Shown: positions 50,824-62,109 of the stretch, in pieces
Layout of the letters: every line of letters begins with the position of its first letter
Numbering within the stretch: position 1 is the stretch's first letter
Assembly (NCBI GenBank): GCA_965204345.1
Contig: OZ241981.1
Location: 1,024,001 to 1,088,000 of the forward strand
From: Nitrosopumilus sp.
GTDB lineage: Archaea; Thermoproteota; Nitrososphaeria; Nitrososphaerales; Nitrosopumilaceae
Direction of reading: 5' to 3'
DNA: 64,000 nt
Made by a program: the position numbers and the translations under genes
Notes under the pieces: model-generated
Seen by the model: only the letters and a program-made list of their open reading frames with translations
Told to the model about the DNA's origin: nothing
The model's database searches: none

Positions 50824-52461
50824 TTATCCCATTGGAGGCATGCCGCCACCGCCTGGTGCTCCGCCGCCAGGAGCTCCTGATATGGAAATGACATCGTCAA
50901 TTCTAAGTACCATGCATGATGCCTCAGTAGCAGATTTTATAATTTGCTCCTTTACTGCAATTGGTTCTACTACAGCAATTCCCATCATGTCAGATATCTT
51001 CATATTTCTGGCATCAATTCCGGTCCATTTTTGGCCCTGATTGTGTTTTGCTATAAGATTGGCCATCGTATCAATAGGATCCATTCCTGCATTTTCAGCA
51101 ATAGTCAACGGAATTGTTTCTAATGCTTCGGCATATTTTTTAATTGCAAGCTGTTCCCTGCCATCGAAATTATCTGCCCAATCCTTGAGTACCGAGGCTG
51201 CAAATGCTTCTGGGGCACCTCCTCCTGCCACTATAGCTGGTTTTTCAATTACGTCTTTTACGACCATCAAGGAATCATGAATGGAACGATCAACCTCATC
51301 AATTACCCTTTGAGTCCCACCCCGAATTAACAGTGTAACTGACTGGGGATGTTTGCATCCTTCAATGAAAACCCATTTGTCAGATTCAATTTTCTTTTGC
51401 TGTGCCAGGTCAGCAGAGCCAAGATCATTTTCTGAGAGATCATCAAGATTGCTAATTACACGCCCTCCGGTGGCTTTGGAGAGTTTAATCATATCACTTT
51501 CTTTGACACGGCGCACTGCCATAATGCCATATTTTGCCAGATAATGCTGCGAGATATCATCAATTCCTTTCTGACAAATTAATACATTGACGCCTACGTC
51601 ATGCAGCTTATCAACCATCGTTTTTAGCATCCTGTTTTCCTCCTCTAGGAACATCTGCATTTGTGTTGGATCAGTAATTTTAATTTCTGAACTAAGTTCG
51701 GTTTTTTCAATTTCTAATGCCGAATTAATTAATGCAATTTTTGCCCTTTCAATTTTTGTTGGCATTCCACTATGAACAATCTCTTTGTCTAAAACAATTC
51801 CTTTTACAACCTGTGTATCATCAATTGAGCCGCCAGCCTTTTTTTCTACTTTAATATTCTCAAGGTCAACAGAGTAGGCATCATCCTTTTTTGTTGCAAT
51901 GCTTAGCACTGCATCGACAATAATTTTTGAAAGTAACGAGCTATCTTCAGAAATCAGTTTTGATTGCATGCTAGTAGTTGCAATTTTGATAAGAGATTCT
52001 CGGTCATCAGGTTGGATTTTCTTTGCTAATTCAGAGTAGATTTCAAGGACCTTATCTGATGCTGCCTGATATCCATCAATAATAGTTGATGCGTGAACAT
52101 CCTTTTTGAGAAGATCCTCTGCTCTTGCTAGCAATGCACCGCCAAAGATAACAGATGATGTTGTACCGTCACCTACCTCATTGTCTACAGTTTTAGAAAC
52201 CTCAACCATCATTTTTGCTGCCGGATGCTGAACGTCAATTTCTTTTAGGATGGTTGCACCGTCATTTGTAATTGTAACATCACCTAATGAGTCAACCAGC
52301 ATTTTATCAAGGCCCCTAGGTCCAAGGCTGCTTCTAACTAATTGTGCAACTAGCTTGGCTGCTGCGATGTTATTTTGTTGAGCATCCTTGCCTTTTTGTT
52401 GTAACGCACTTTCTTTAAGAACTAAGACAGGTCCATTTGGTCCTTGCTGAATTGATGCCAT
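50824..52461 (-). CDS. ths: thermosome (group II chaperonin) subunit
   Basis: [23 protein letters not shown]. Confidence 0.96.
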   Translation of the reverse strand: MASIQQGPNGPVLVLKESALQQKGKDAQQNNIAAAKLVAQLVRSSLGPRGLDKMLVDSLGDVTITNDGATILKEIDVQHPAAKMMVEVSKTVDNEVGDGTTSSVIFGGALLARAEDLLKKDVHASTIIDGYQAASDKVLEIYSELAKKIQPDDRESLIKIATTSMQSKLISEDSSLLSKIIVDAVLSIATKKDDAYSVDLENIKVEKKAGGSIDDTQVVKGIVLDKEIVHSGMPTKIERAKIALINSALEIEKTELSSEIKITDPTQMQMFLEEENRMLKTMVDKLHDVGVNVLICQKGIDDISQHYLAKYGIMAVRRVKESDMIKLSKATGGRVISNLDDLSENDLGSADLAQQKKIESDKWVFIEGCKHPQSVTLLIRGGTQRVIDEVDRSIHDSLMVVKDVIEKPAIVAGGGAPEAFAASVLKDWADNFDGREQLAIKKYAEALETIPLTIAENAGMDPIDTMANLIAKHNQGQKWTGIDARNMKISDMMGIAVVEPIAVKEQIIKSATEASCMVLRIDDVISISGAPGGGAPGGGGMPPMG

Positions 52462-52505
52462 TTAGATTCAGTTTCAATCCGCTAAATCCCCCTTTTTAAC
52501 ATTAC

Positions 52506-54269
52506 TTAGTTGATCGGTGAAATGTAGCTCCGTTTTTTCACATCAACGATACCGCCAGAAAGAATTCGAACTGAGGGCAAGGCCAAAAAAGGCAGAAACA
52601 AAGGAATGAGGTGAGGCTTGGAAAATTTAGAGCCAGAATCAACAATGACATCATTGATTTTTTGGAAGTTGGATGAAACCCTTTCAAAGGGTTCAGTTGA
52701 AACAATTCCTCCAAACTGCAGTGGCAATGAGGCAATAATTTTTCCGGATTTAACAACTACAAGTCCGCCTTGATTTCTGATAAGATGGTTAGATGCAACT
52801 GCCATATCAGAATCATTTGAACCAATGACAATCATATCGTTTTCGTGGAAACTCCAAGTTGAAGCAAATGCCCCTATATCTGCGCCAAAATTTTCAAGAA
52901 AGCCAATGGCATGCTTATTGGTCCGGTGAATTCTGTCAAATGCTGCAACCTTCCAGATATCAGAATCCGGCGAGGATGATACGCAGCCATCTTTTGGGTG
53001 AAGCTCAGCGGAGCCTATCTTTGTAATAATCTCTGTCTGCATGGAAATGGTATTTGCAACGACATCTCTCTTCTTTGATTTTACAAGAAAATCATTTTTA
53101 GAGAAATTTTTTAGCCTTACGGTATTTTTGGCCCAGGAAGAGATTATTTTCTTTCTAATAGGAGTGACAATTCGCCCATTAGATACTACAAGTTTCCCTC
53201 CAACAAAGACCTTGTTTGGCCTGAATGATTTCAAGTCATCAAGGATTAAAATGTCTGCTAATTTTCCAGGCGCTATTCCACCAAGATCTTTTCCCATGTT
53301 ATAATAATCAAAATTATTCTTTGATGCCATTGTAATTGCATCTATGGGTTTCAGTCCAAGTCTGACAGACTCGCGTATGCAGTGATCTATGTGTCCAAAT
53401 CTGGAAATATCAAGAGGATCAAGTCCGTCAGAGCAGAACATTAAGCGATCAATATATGTCCCATGAGATAAGACACGGGGAATTATTTCTTTTAAATCAC
53501 GTCGAATTGATCCCTCCCTGATCATTATCCACATTCCAAGACGTAGTCTTTCTAAAACCTGATCAAAGTTAATTGGTTCATGACAAGACAGTACGCCAGA
53601 AGAGATGTAAGCATTAAGCTTTTTTTCACTTGCACCAGCAGTGTGTCCATTAATTATGCAATCACATTCTAGCATTGCTGAGAGTGATTTCATGGTTTTT
53701 GGTTCACGTAGAGTGACTTTGGTCCATGAAAAGACCTCGCCCATTCCAAGTACGTGCGGATGTTTGACTGCAGATTTTTCTTGTGATACAGTTAGTGACT
53801 TGCTATTACTGAATTTTTCATCCACAGGCAATCCTCCCGGAACCACCTGAAAGATCCTGATTGGGAGATCTTCCCCAAGTTTAAGAAATTCTTTAAAGCC
53901 CTGATTTCCTCCCACACAGACAATGTCAATTGGATCAGAAAAAAGGGAAGTAACGCCACAAAGCAAGGCCTGTTTTGCAAATTCAGATGGCAAAACAAAT
54001 TGATCAATATGCAAATGGGGATCTGCAAAGCCAGGACTGACATATTTTTCTTTTACATCAATTACAATAGTCTTTGGTCCAGCTGTATGTGTTGCATCCG
54101 GGCCAACATATGCAATTCTTTGATTTACAATGGCAATCTGAATTTTTGGAATAATCTCTCTGGTGTAAACAGACAGTAATCTACAATTTTTTAAAATCAG
54201 ATCGGCTTTCTTATCACCCATTGCCACTGAGTTAAGAACAGAGATCGAATTTGCTAGGCTCAAAGTCAC
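52506..54269 (-). CDS. ade: adenine deaminase
   Basis: DPHLHID, MIREGS, amidohydrolase fold with adenine deaminase C-terminal domain. Confidence 0.88.
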   Translation of the reverse strand: MTLSLANSISVLNSVAMGDKKADLILKNCRLLSVYTREIIPKIQIAIVNQRIAYVGPDATHTAGPKTIVIDVKEKYVSPGFADPHLHIDQFVLPSEFAKQALLCGVTSLFSDPIDIVCVGGNQGFKEFLKLGEDLPIRIFQVVPGGLPVDEKFSNSKSLTVSQEKSAVKHPHVLGMGEVFSWTKVTLREPKTMKSLSAMLECDCIINGHTAGASEKKLNAYISSGVLSCHEPINFDQVLERLRLGMWIMIREGSIRRDLKEIIPRVLSHGTYIDRLMFCSDGLDPLDISRFGHIDHCIRESVRLGLKPIDAITMASKNNFDYYNMGKDLGGIAPGKLADILILDDLKSFRPNKVFVGGKLVVSNGRIVTPIRKKIISSWAKNTVRLKNFSKNDFLVKSKKRDVVANTISMQTEIITKIGSAELHPKDGCVSSSPDSDIWKVAAFDRIHRTNKHAIGFLENFGADIGAFASTWSFHENDMIVIGSNDSDMAVASNHLIRNQGGLVVVKSGKIIASLPLQFGGIVSTEPFERVSSNFQKINDVIVDSGSKFSKPHLIPLFLPFLALPSVRILSGGIVDVKKRSYISPIN

Positions 54270-54339
54270 ATCTTTTTGTTGGATTTTGTGCCTATTATAG
54301 ATTCAATGCTTAAATTACGGATGAAGAGGTTTTGTTGAT

Positions 54340-54621
54340 ATGAACATTCCTAAGGTGATCCGAAAGTATTGTGCAAAATGTAAGACACATACTGAGCAAA
54401 AGGTCTCCATTTACAAGGCTGGAAAAAGGCGTGGCTCTGCAAGGGGTGAGCGCAGGCATGCAGAACGTAAAGAGGGATATGGTGGGCAAAAATTCCCAAA
54501 ACTGGCAAAGCCGGCCAAGGTTACAAAGAAGGTAACTCCTCTTATGACATGTACTGTTTGTAAAAAGAAATACAATAAAAAAGGCGTTAGAATTAAGAAA
54601 TTTGAGTTGGTAGCAGCATGA
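54340..54621 (+). CDS. rpl44e: 50S ribosomal protein L44e (eL42)
   Basis: YCAKCKTHT, GYGGQKFP, CTVC. Confidence 0.96.
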   Translation: MNIPKVIRKYCAKCKTHTEQKVSIYKAGKRRGSARGERRHAERKEGYGGQKFPKLAKPAKVTKKVTPLMTCTVCKKKYNKKGVRIKKFELVAA

Positions 54622-54812
54622 AAAAAGATCACGTTGAAATCCCAAAGCCCTCAAGTAATTTTCAAAGGGTCAATTGTAATGAATGTGGGGAGCTGCAAGT
54701 AATTTATTCACATGCATCAACGCAAATTGCATGCAATTCCTGTGGCAATACTATTTCAGAGCCAACAGGCTCAAAAGCTATGATAAATGGCAAGATCTTA
54801 GGCAGTGCCTAG
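54618..54812 (+). CDS. rps27e: 30S ribosomal protein S27e
   Basis: CNECG...CNSCG...PTGSKA. Confidence 0.94.
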   Translation: MKKDHVEIPKPSSNFQRVNCNECGELQVIYSHASTQIACNSCGNTISEPTGSKAMINGKILGSA

Positions 54813-55382
54813 TAAATCATAATCCTGCTTGGAGTTTAGATTAAAGGCGATTCTCTTATCGTCGATTATGACATAATTTTCTTCTAAATGTTCCAATGAA
54901 GAAATATCCTCTGAATTAACCAAAGAAATTCCAGCATAATGACATTTTTGTCCATTGTAATTTACAGATAAATCCGATTCAAGCCCAAGAGAAGTTAAAA
55001 ACTTGTTTGTAACAAGGATGCTAGTCCAAGTTTTTGTAGCATCAAAGTAAGTAAGAATATTTTGTATTATCTCCACATCCAAAAGGGGCAAGTCTCCGGA
55101 TGTAACTAGAACCTTGTCACGAATGGTCTTTAGTACAGAATTTAGATCTTTGGCATAACCAATTCCAAAAGTATCAAAAGTTTCAACATTATTTTCCTCA
55201 AGAAATTTTTTTGTTTTTGGAGAATTGGAGCTAGTTATTGCCAATATTTTTGAAAAGGAATTTGAGTCATGTAATGAATCAATTACGTGAAGAATTACTG
55301 GTTTTTTATATTTAAGCAGTAATTTTTCTTGATCTAGATTCATCCTGGTTCCCTTGCCGCCTGCCATTACAAGCCCAATCAT
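54798..55382 (-). CDS. cobY: adenosylcobinamide-phosphate guanylyltransferase (CobY-like)
   Basis: MAGGKGTRM NTP-transferase motif in a cob cluster. Confidence 0.82.
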   Translation of the reverse strand: MIGLVMAGGKGTRMNLDQEKLLLKYKKPVILHVIDSLHDSNSFSKILAITSSNSPKTKKFLEENNVETFDTFGIGYAKDLNSVLKTIRDKVLVTSGDLPLLDVEIIQNILTYFDATKTWTSILVTNKFLTSLGLESDLSVNYNGQKCHYAGISLVNSEDISSLEHLEENYVIIDDKRIAFNLNSKQDYDLLGTA

Positions 55383-56104
55383 ACTGAAACAAACACCATC
55401 AAAGAGGCTAACCGTGTGAATTCATTGGTAGCACCAAGTACGTCGCCGGTTATCCCGCCAAAACTGCGAGCAGATAAGGCCAGCAGAAACAATGTCAGAA
55501 TAATAGTTGCTCCAAGCATTACAAGTCCGGTAGTTTCACCAATTAATACTACTGGAACTAGCATTATGAGAAAAGCGGCTGATATCTTTTTCTTGTCTTT
55601 CATAAATGCAACAAAGGGCGAATTTGACCCTAGCGAAGCGGATTTGCCCATACTGGCCATCAGCACCATGGAGAATTTTGCTAGAATCTCGCTAATCAAG
55701 ACAGCCTTGAACAAATCAAGCCCACTTGTCATGGAAATGGTAATTATCAAGCCGACAAGATACAAGACAATTGCAACAATTCCTGCCGAACCAGTGGAAA
55801 GATCCTTCATGGCTTGAAGTTTTTTATCCTTGGTACCTTTTGCCATAAGGCCGTCTGCAAAATCTGCTAGGCCATCTGCATGATGTATGCCAGTTACAAT
55901 TGCAATAGAGGCAACAACCAATAAGCTGACTAGCAAGGGTTCGAGGATCAAGGATAGCCCAAATCCCAATGAACCAATTAACAGTCCAATTGCAATTCCT
56001 ACCAGGGGGAAAACAAACATGTACTTTGCAATATTTTCCAATGTTGCATTTGGTGATGGAAAGATTGTTAAGAACGAAAAAACAGAGCCGATTTCTTTAA
56101 GCAT
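55379..56104 (-). CDS. cobS: adenosylcobinamide-GDP ribazoletransferase
   Basis: HHADGLADFADG, FGGITGDVLGA. Confidence 0.93.
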   Translation of the reverse strand: MLKEIGSVFSFLTIFPSPNATLENIAKYMFVFPLVGIAIGLLIGSLGFGLSLILEPLLVSLLVVASIAIVTGIHHADGLADFADGLMAKGTKDKKLQAMKDLSTGSAGIVAIVLYLVGLIITISMTSGLDLFKAVLISEILAKFSMVLMASMGKSASLGSNSPFVAFMKDKKKISAAFLIMLVPVVLIGETTGLVMLGATIILTLFLLALSARSFGGITGDVLGATNEFTRLASLMVFVSV

Positions 56105-57074
56105 GTATCCACCATCCAGTTATTGACAAGATAGTAATTATTGGAACAGTTACGATTCCAAAAAACAGTATAGAAGTGAGTTTCATAATTGAAATTGCAG
56201 AATGTACGTGTTCTTTTGTAAGAATTGTTTGGCCATCACCTAGTTGGTAGTGATTAATTTTTTCAAATCTTGTTTCCAGGGCTCCGGCCAAGGCAGCCAT
56301 GGGGTATCCTGCATTTGGACTTTGAGTTTTTTTGCCATCACTAATCATTACTTTGTAAGATTTTCTCCAATTATTTTGCAAAATTGCAGCCGAAATGATC
56401 ATGACTAGTCCTGTAAGTCTGGATGGAATATAGTTTAAGATGCTATCACAGTTTGCTGCAAACCAACCAATATTCTTGAAGATGTCTGTCTTGTAGCCAA
56501 TCATTGAATCTGCTGTATTTACTACGCGATAAACAAATGCGCCAGGCAAGCCCAACAAAGCATAGTAAAATAATGGGCCGGTAATTCCATCAACTGTGTT
56601 TTCACTGATACTCTCAAGCACGCCTGAGATAATGTGATTCTTGTCCAAATTCTTGGTATTTCTCTTTACAATCATAGATAAATGGGCTCTAGCTGCATCA
56701 AGATTTTCCTCGTCAATAGATTCCAATACAGAAATGGCATGTTTTTCCATTCCACGAATGGCAATTGTGGTTTTTAGCAGGATGCTGCCAGCAATCACCG
56801 AACCAGCTAATAAAACCAGTTCAATGGTAATCAGGGATGATATTCCAGCATCCAGTGCGAAAAGCAGCAAGACAACTGCACCACAAGTAATTCCCACAAC
56901 ACACATGCCGCCAAGTTTTTCTATAATTGCATGATCATTTTTTGCCATGGGAGCAAGTTTGGCAATCAAAGAACCAATCCAAGCTGTCGGATGATACTTG
57001 TTTTTGGGATCTCCAAATTTCAAATCAAGTAAAACTGCAAGACCAACAACAAGTAAGGATTCTACAACAGTCAT
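56097..57074 (-). CDS. cbiB: adenosylcobinamide-phosphate synthase
   Basis: ESISENTVDG, NTADSMIGY, SPNAG. Confidence 0.93.
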   Translation of the reverse strand: MTVVESLLVVGLAVLLDLKFGDPKNKYHPTAWIGSLIAKLAPMAKNDHAIIEKLGGMCVVGITCGAVVLLLFALDAGISSLITIELVLLAGSVIAGSILLKTTIAIRGMEKHAISVLESIDEENLDAARAHLSMIVKRNTKNLDKNHIISGVLESISENTVDGITGPLFYYALLGLPGAFVYRVVNTADSMIGYKTDIFKNIGWFAANCDSILNYIPSRLTGLVMIISAAILQNNWRKSYKVMISDGKKTQSPNAGYPMAALAGALETRFEKINHYQLGDGQTILTKEHVHSAISIMKLTSILFFGIVTVPIITILSITGWWIHA

Positions 57075-57910
57075 TGTAACATTCTCTCAATGGATTTTAT
57101 GTCAATGCTAGATTTTACAGTTTTTGCCAGCATGCCTAATTGATGATCAATCTTTGAAAGATTTTTCCTAGTCCATTTAATCTCTTTGGGATTGGCATGG
57201 AGTGAATCCTCTTCTGGTAGATCCAAATTCATTAACGGAATAGTTCCCATTACAGGAATCTTTGTAATGTTTTCAAGTCTCTTAAATCCAGGTTTTAAAA
57301 CTTTTAAATCTCCTCTGAATTTGTTTAATACAAAACCTTTTACAAATTGTTGGTATTTTTTTTCGATTAGAGCCATCGTTCCAACAAGGCTGGCAAAAGA
57401 TCCTCCCTTGTCTATATCTGAAACTAGTAGTACAGAGGCACCAGCCTTTTGGGCAATTTTCATGTTTGCAATGTCATATTTTTGTAAATTGATTTCTGCA
57501 GGAGAGCCAGCACCTTCTAAAATTACCAAGTCATTGTTCTTTTGTAGTGTTCTTAGGGATTTTGTTGCAATTTTAATTCCTTCATGGTTTACAAATTTTT
57601 CATAGTATTCCTTTGCATGCATTCTCTTGTAGCGCTTCCCATTGAGATAGAGGACACTGCTGTAATTGCCAATAGGCTTGAGTAAAATTGGATTAAGGTC
57701 GGCAGTAATTTCGCACCTTGAGCCCATAGCTTGGATAGCTTGAGCACGAGATATCTCAAGTTCAGGCGTAGCATATGCAAAATTAGACATGTTTTGAGAT
57801 TTGAATGGCGCTACACGATAGCCTTTATCAGAGAAAATTCTGCATAGTGCAGCCACCAGTGTTGTTTTGCCTGCACCAGACGATGTGCCCTGAATCATCA
57901 AAGATTTCAA
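57071..57910 (-). CDS. cobQ: cobyric acid synthase (short, synthetase domain only)
   Basis: QGTSSGAGKT, PFKSQNMS, EGAGSPAEIN, LPEEDS. Confidence 0.9.
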   Translation of the reverse strand: MKSLMIQGTSSGAGKTTLVAALCRIFSDKGYRVAPFKSQNMSNFAYATPELEISRAQAIQAMGSRCEITADLNPILLKPIGNYSSVLYLNGKRYKRMHAKEYYEKFVNHEGIKIATKSLRTLQKNNDLVILEGAGSPAEINLQKYDIANMKIAQKAGASVLLVSDIDKGGSFASLVGTMALIEKKYQQFVKGFVLNKFRGDLKVLKPGFKRLENITKIPVMGTIPLMNLDLPEEDSLHANPKEIKWTRKNLSKIDHQLGMLAKTVKSSIDIKSIERMLQ

Positions 57911-59055
57911 TTGACATTCTCCAATGCTTTTACTAGTTTTAGATTCTCTTTATGAGATTTGACGGCGATACGAATATGGTGATTGCTTAGACCCCTAAAA
58001 TTTTTACAGTCACGTACTAGAATCTTCTGTCCGAGTAATTTTTTTTGCAAGCTCGTTGAATTTTTTTTTGTTTTAATCAGAATAAAATTTGTGGATGATT
58101 TGCTGCAATCAAAACCATCCAACCGGCTGATTTTGTTTGTCAAATAGTCTAATTCTTTTTTTATTACCAAGTTAGATTTTGTAATATGTGATTTATTTTT
58201 GAGGGCAGTGTTAGCTGCGTCTTGGGCTAAAGAATTCACGCTCCATGGAATTTTAATTTTCTGCAGTATTTTTATCATGTGTTCTGATGATGCAGCATAC
58301 CCAATTCTTATTCCTGGCAATGCAAAAGATTTAGTCAATGAACGTAAAACAAAAAGATTATCATGTTTTTTAACATATGAGATTACAGATTCGTTTGATT
58401 CTGGAACCATTTCGATAAAACACTCATCAACAAACACAATTGTGGAAAGTTTCTTTGCTTTTTTAATAATTTGGAGTATTTGGCGTTTTTCTAATAGTTT
58501 TCCTGTGGGATTGTTGGGATTACAGATGAAGATACAGCCATTTTTTGGAATCTTTGAGATAAGTTGATCAAGGTTTTCTGACAGATTCATTGTTTTAAAA
58601 TATGAAATATGGCAATTGTTTAGTTTAGCTGCTGTCTCATATTCTTGAAAAGTTGGGATCGGAATCAAAACCTTAGTTTTTTCAGATAAAAATGCAAAAC
58701 AGAAATTGTAGATTATTTCAATTGCGCCATTGCCGACTAAAAGATTTGGCTTCTCTAACTGCGTGTATTTTTTTAGGCTCAAAACAACAGCAGATGAACT
58801 AAAATCAGGATAGTTCTCGATATTTTTGATATTTTTTTTAAGGATTTTTTTTACTGACGTTGGGGTTCCGATAGGGGAAATATTTGAGCTAAAATCAATA
58901 ATACCTGAATCAGTGCTTTGAAGGGTATTTTTTCCACCATGAACTACAGGTATATGTCTGGTGATGGAGGGTTTTGTCCGTATTTTCACAGTTCCAAATA
59001 GAATTTGCCGATTTAGTATGTTGTGGTAATCCAGAAAACGATTACTGTGGGGCAA
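57907..59055 (-). CDS. cobD: threonine-phosphate decarboxylase-like PLP enzyme
   Basis: HGG, DFSSN, NPNNPTG, SLTKSFALPGIRIGY; cob cluster context; start probably ~58989. Confidence 0.8.
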   Translation of the reverse strand: MPHSNRFLDYHNILNRQILFGTVKIRTKPSITRHIPVVHGGKNTLQSTDSGIIDFSSNISPIGTPTSVKKILKKNIKNIENYPDFSSSAVVLSLKKYTQLEKPNLLVGNGAIEIIYNFCFAFLSEKTKVLIPIPTFQEYETAAKLNNCHISYFKTMNLSENLDQLISKIPKNGCIFICNPNNPTGKLLEKRQILQIIKKAKKLSTIVFVDECFIEMVPESNESVISYVKKHDNLFVLRSLTKSFALPGIRIGYAASSEHMIKILQKIKIPWSVNSLAQDAANTALKNKSHITKSNLVIKKELDYLTNKISRLDGFDCSKSSTNFILIKTKKNSTSLQKKLLGQKILVRDCKNFRGLSNHHIRIAVKSHKENLKLVKALENVN

Positions 59056-59357
59056 AAGGATTCGGTGTAATATTTGGGATCAAATATGATTAAGACTTGG
59101 CAAATTGCTCTGACAATATGAAAATTTAGTTGAATGGATGGTATGGGGAGGAGGAAAATTAAAGCCAGCAGGACATCTGCATATCTTGCGGGAAGAAGCG
59201 CCGTATGCCTGCTGAGAAGAGTCATGAATTTATCTTGGATGTTTTTAGCAAACAAGCTAAAAGCATCATTTGTCTGGGATATTTCTGATAACTGATACAG
59301 AACATGAATAAAAATACCCATAATAACGATTATAATTGAAGACGAACATTATCGTAT

Positions 59358-60434
59358 ATGGACAAGAAGAGAGTGGCAATTATTGGGGTTACAGGTTCTG
59401 TAGGTCAGGAATTTGTGCAGTCATTAAATAACCACCCATGGTTTGAAGTGACTCAAATTGCTGCATCTGAGCGTTCGGCAGGAAAAAACTATCTTGATGC
59501 AATAAAGGATGCAAGTGGGATAGTAGCATGGGATGTAGGTGGTGAAATTCCAGAATATATCAAAAAAATGACAGTAAAGAAAATTGATGAATTAGATGTT
59601 TCCCAATTGGACTTGGTATTTTCAGCAGTTGAATCAGTAGCTGCCAGAGACATAGAGACCAAGATGGCAGCAGATTTACCAGTAATTTCAACTAGTTCAG
59701 CATATAGATATGAAGAGGATGTGCCGATTCTAATTCCAGGTATTAACGATGAACAAACAGAGTTACTTGAAACGCAAAAGAGGAACAGGAATTGGAAAGG
59801 GTGGGTAGCACCATTGCCAAATTGCACTACAACAGGTTTAGTAATCACATTAAAACCATTGCTGGAAAAATATGGAGCAACAAAAGTTATGATGACTTCC
59901 ATGCAAGCAATATCTGGAGGAGGCAAGTCAGGAGTGTCAGCTATGGGAATTACAGATAATATCATTCCTTTCATTCCAAATGAAGAAAGAAAAGTTAGAT
60001 TAGAAACAAGGAAAATTTTAGGCAGGCTAAAAGACGGAAAAATTGAAGATGCAGATATCAGAATCAGTTGTACCTGTACAAGAGTTCCAGTAATTGACGG
60101 ACATACAGAATCAGTCTTTGTTGAGACAAAGGAGAAAATTGATCCTTTAAAGGCCAAAGAGACCTACAGTGAGTATAACAGAAATATTTCAGTAACAGGA
60201 CTGCCATCGGCTCCAGAAAAATACTATGCATTTCATGAAGATCCAACCAGACCTCAACCAAGAATGGAGAGAACCGTCGGTGATGGAATGACTACAACAA
60301 TTGGAAGAGTAGAAAAAGAAGAATTATTTGATAATGGTCTCAAATACATGTTGTTCTCACATAACAAAAAAATGGGTTCGGCAAAAGGCGCAGTTTTGTT
60401 AGCAGAAATGTTATACAAAAAAGGCAAGATTTAG
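59358..60434 (+). CDS. asd: aspartate-semialdehyde dehydrogenase
   Basis: GVTGSVG, PNCTT, QAISGGG, RVPVIDGH. Confidence 0.94.
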   Translation: MDKKRVAIIGVTGSVGQEFVQSLNNHPWFEVTQIAASERSAGKNYLDAIKDASGIVAWDVGGEIPEYIKKMTVKKIDELDVSQLDLVFSAVESVAARDIETKMAADLPVISTSSAYRYEEDVPILIPGINDEQTELLETQKRNRNWKGWVAPLPNCTTTGLVITLKPLLEKYGATKVMMTSMQAISGGGKSGVSAMGITDNIIPFIPNEERKVRLETRKILGRLKDGKIEDADIRISCTCTRVPVIDGHTESVFVETKEKIDPLKAKETYSEYNRNISVTGLPSAPEKYYAFHEDPTRPQPRMERTVGDGMTTTIGRVEKEELFDNGLKYMLFSHNKKMGSAKGAVLLAEMLYKKGKI

Positions 60435-60505
60435 AGAATTTTTTGCAATTTTTACAATAATAACTTTATAAGATCCAGAAATCTAGATCGACTCAGATGT
60501 TTTAG

Positions 60506-60973
60506 ATGGCAAAAGTAGATGACCTAGATTTACAAATTTTATCAGAATTATCCAATGATGCATCAATTTCTGTTCCTCGCCTATCAAAAAAAATCAATGT
60601 TAATTCCTCTGTCGTATATTCAAGAATCAAGAGATTAGTGAAAAGAAAACTAATTGAACGTTTTACAATCGTTGTCAATGATGCTGAGCTTGGGTATAAT
60701 GTCAAAGCATTAACTGGCATTAATATGGATACAAAAAAGCGGGATCATATCATTGAAGAATTATTCAAAATTGACGGAGTTAGAGAGGTTGCAGAAGTTA
60801 CAGGCAGATTTGATATTTTAGTAACAATGTACTCCAAATCTTTAGATCAGATGCATAAGATGGTATCAGAAAGGATTGGCAGGATTGAGGGAATTCAATC
60901 ATCTGAATCGTTTATTGAAATGAAGTCAAGAATGAAAGCAATGCCATATATGCCATCAAAGGACAGTGACTAA
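60506..60973 (+). CDS. Lrp/AsnC family regulator
   Basis: DDLDLQIL...HTH...VTGRFD. Confidence 0.92.
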   Translation: MAKVDDLDLQILSELSNDASISVPRLSKKINVNSSVVYSRIKRLVKRKLIERFTIVVNDAELGYNVKALTGINMDTKKRDHIIEELFKIDGVREVAEVTGRFDILVTMYSKSLDQMHKMVSERIGRIEGIQSSESFIEMKSRMKAMPYMPSKDSD

Positions 60974-60975
60974 CA

Positions 60976-61905
60976 ATGCAAAAGCAAAAATCAGAATCCA
61001 GAGTCGCTGTATATTATGAATTAACAAAACCAAAGATTTGGTATTTGTTGGTATTTACTGCATTTGGAACTGCATTAACAGCATCTAATGTTTATGATAT
61101 TGAAATTTCCCCTGCAACATGGGTTTTAATGCTGTTTTCAGTGGCTGCAGGATCAGCCGCTGCAAATACGCTAACAAATTATCATGACAGAGACATTGAT
61201 GCAATTATGGAGAGAACAAAGGATAGGCCTTTGCCATCAAAAAGAATCCATCCTGCAGTTAAAGCAAGGAACTTTGGATTAGCATTAGCTGGAATATCAC
61301 TAGTTTTGGCATTTGGAATTTCCTTTACTACCACACTAGAACAAGGTGCATGGGCAACTGCTTTCATTGCGTTTGGACTGGTTAACAATATTCTGATTTA
61401 TTCATATGTGTTAAAACGGAACTCAAGAAGTAACATAATTTTAGGTGGATTATGTGGTGGTTCACCCCCAATGATTGGATGGGTATCTGTAAGCATGTCA
61501 GATTTATGGACTATGGGTCTTGCAATGGCAGGTTTAGTGTTTATCTGGATTCCAATGCATATTTGGGCATTGACATTGCATTTCAAAGATGACTATAACA
61601 AAGTAAATGTTCCAATGTTAACTGCTGTACAATCAGAAAAAACTTCTGCTAGAGCCATTGCATTATCCACAGTTGTGATGGTAGCATTTTCAATAGCCCC
61701 ATTCTTTATCACAACGCAGGATGGTGAAGAGATGGTTGATGCAGTATATCTTTGGACGGCAGTTGCATCAGGCGCATTAATGCTTGGATTATCAGTGTGG
61801 GTAATTATCAAGCCTATGGAAAAAGCTGCGTGGACACTGTTTAAATTTTCTAGTCCATATTTGGCAGTATTGTTCATTGCATTAATGGTTGACTCTGCTC
61901 TATAA
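60976..61905 (+). CDS. ctaB: protoheme IX farnesyltransferase
   Basis: ELTKPKI, DRDIDAIMERTKDRPLPS, DDYNKVNVPML. Confidence 0.93.
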   Translation: MQKQKSESRVAVYYELTKPKIWYLLVFTAFGTALTASNVYDIEISPATWVLMLFSVAAGSAAANTLTNYHDRDIDAIMERTKDRPLPSKRIHPAVKARNFGLALAGISLVLAFGISFTTTLEQGAWATAFIAFGLVNNILIYSYVLKRNSRSNIILGGLCGGSPPMIGWVSVSMSDLWTMGLAMAGLVFIWIPMHIWALTLHFKDDYNKVNVPMLTAVQSEKTSARAIALSTVVMVAFSIAPFFITTQDGEEMVDAVYLWTAVASGALMLGLSVWVIIKPMEKAAWTLFKFSSPYLAVLFIALMVDSAL

Positions 61906-62109
61906 CATACTGGCCTTATCATCCAAGCTGTTAATCTCTTTTGTAATTTCAGAATGATTGTCAACTAGAGTCTTGAGTTCATTTTTTAATTCTTCAGAAT
62001 TCCATTCAGTAGAAATTAGATATGTCAGTTTTGCAACAATTCTCCATTGAATATTGGTTTGATCATCAATTAATTTTAAAAATCTTTTTCCTTTCTCATC
62101 ATCATTCAT
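61900..62109 (-). CDS. hypothetical protein
   Basis: 69-aa helical ORF convergent with ctaB. Confidence 0.65.
   Translation of the reverse strand: MNDDEKGKRFLKLIDDQTNIQWRIVAKLTYLISTEWNSEELKNELKTLVDNHSEITKEINSLDDKASML

Noticed and set aside
22266-61964. Numerous antisense or overlapping ORFs within core genes (e.g. 24955-25491, 40445-41008, 45536-46135, 59489-60157)
   Set aside because: Shadow frames of well-supported genes with no recognisable motifs.
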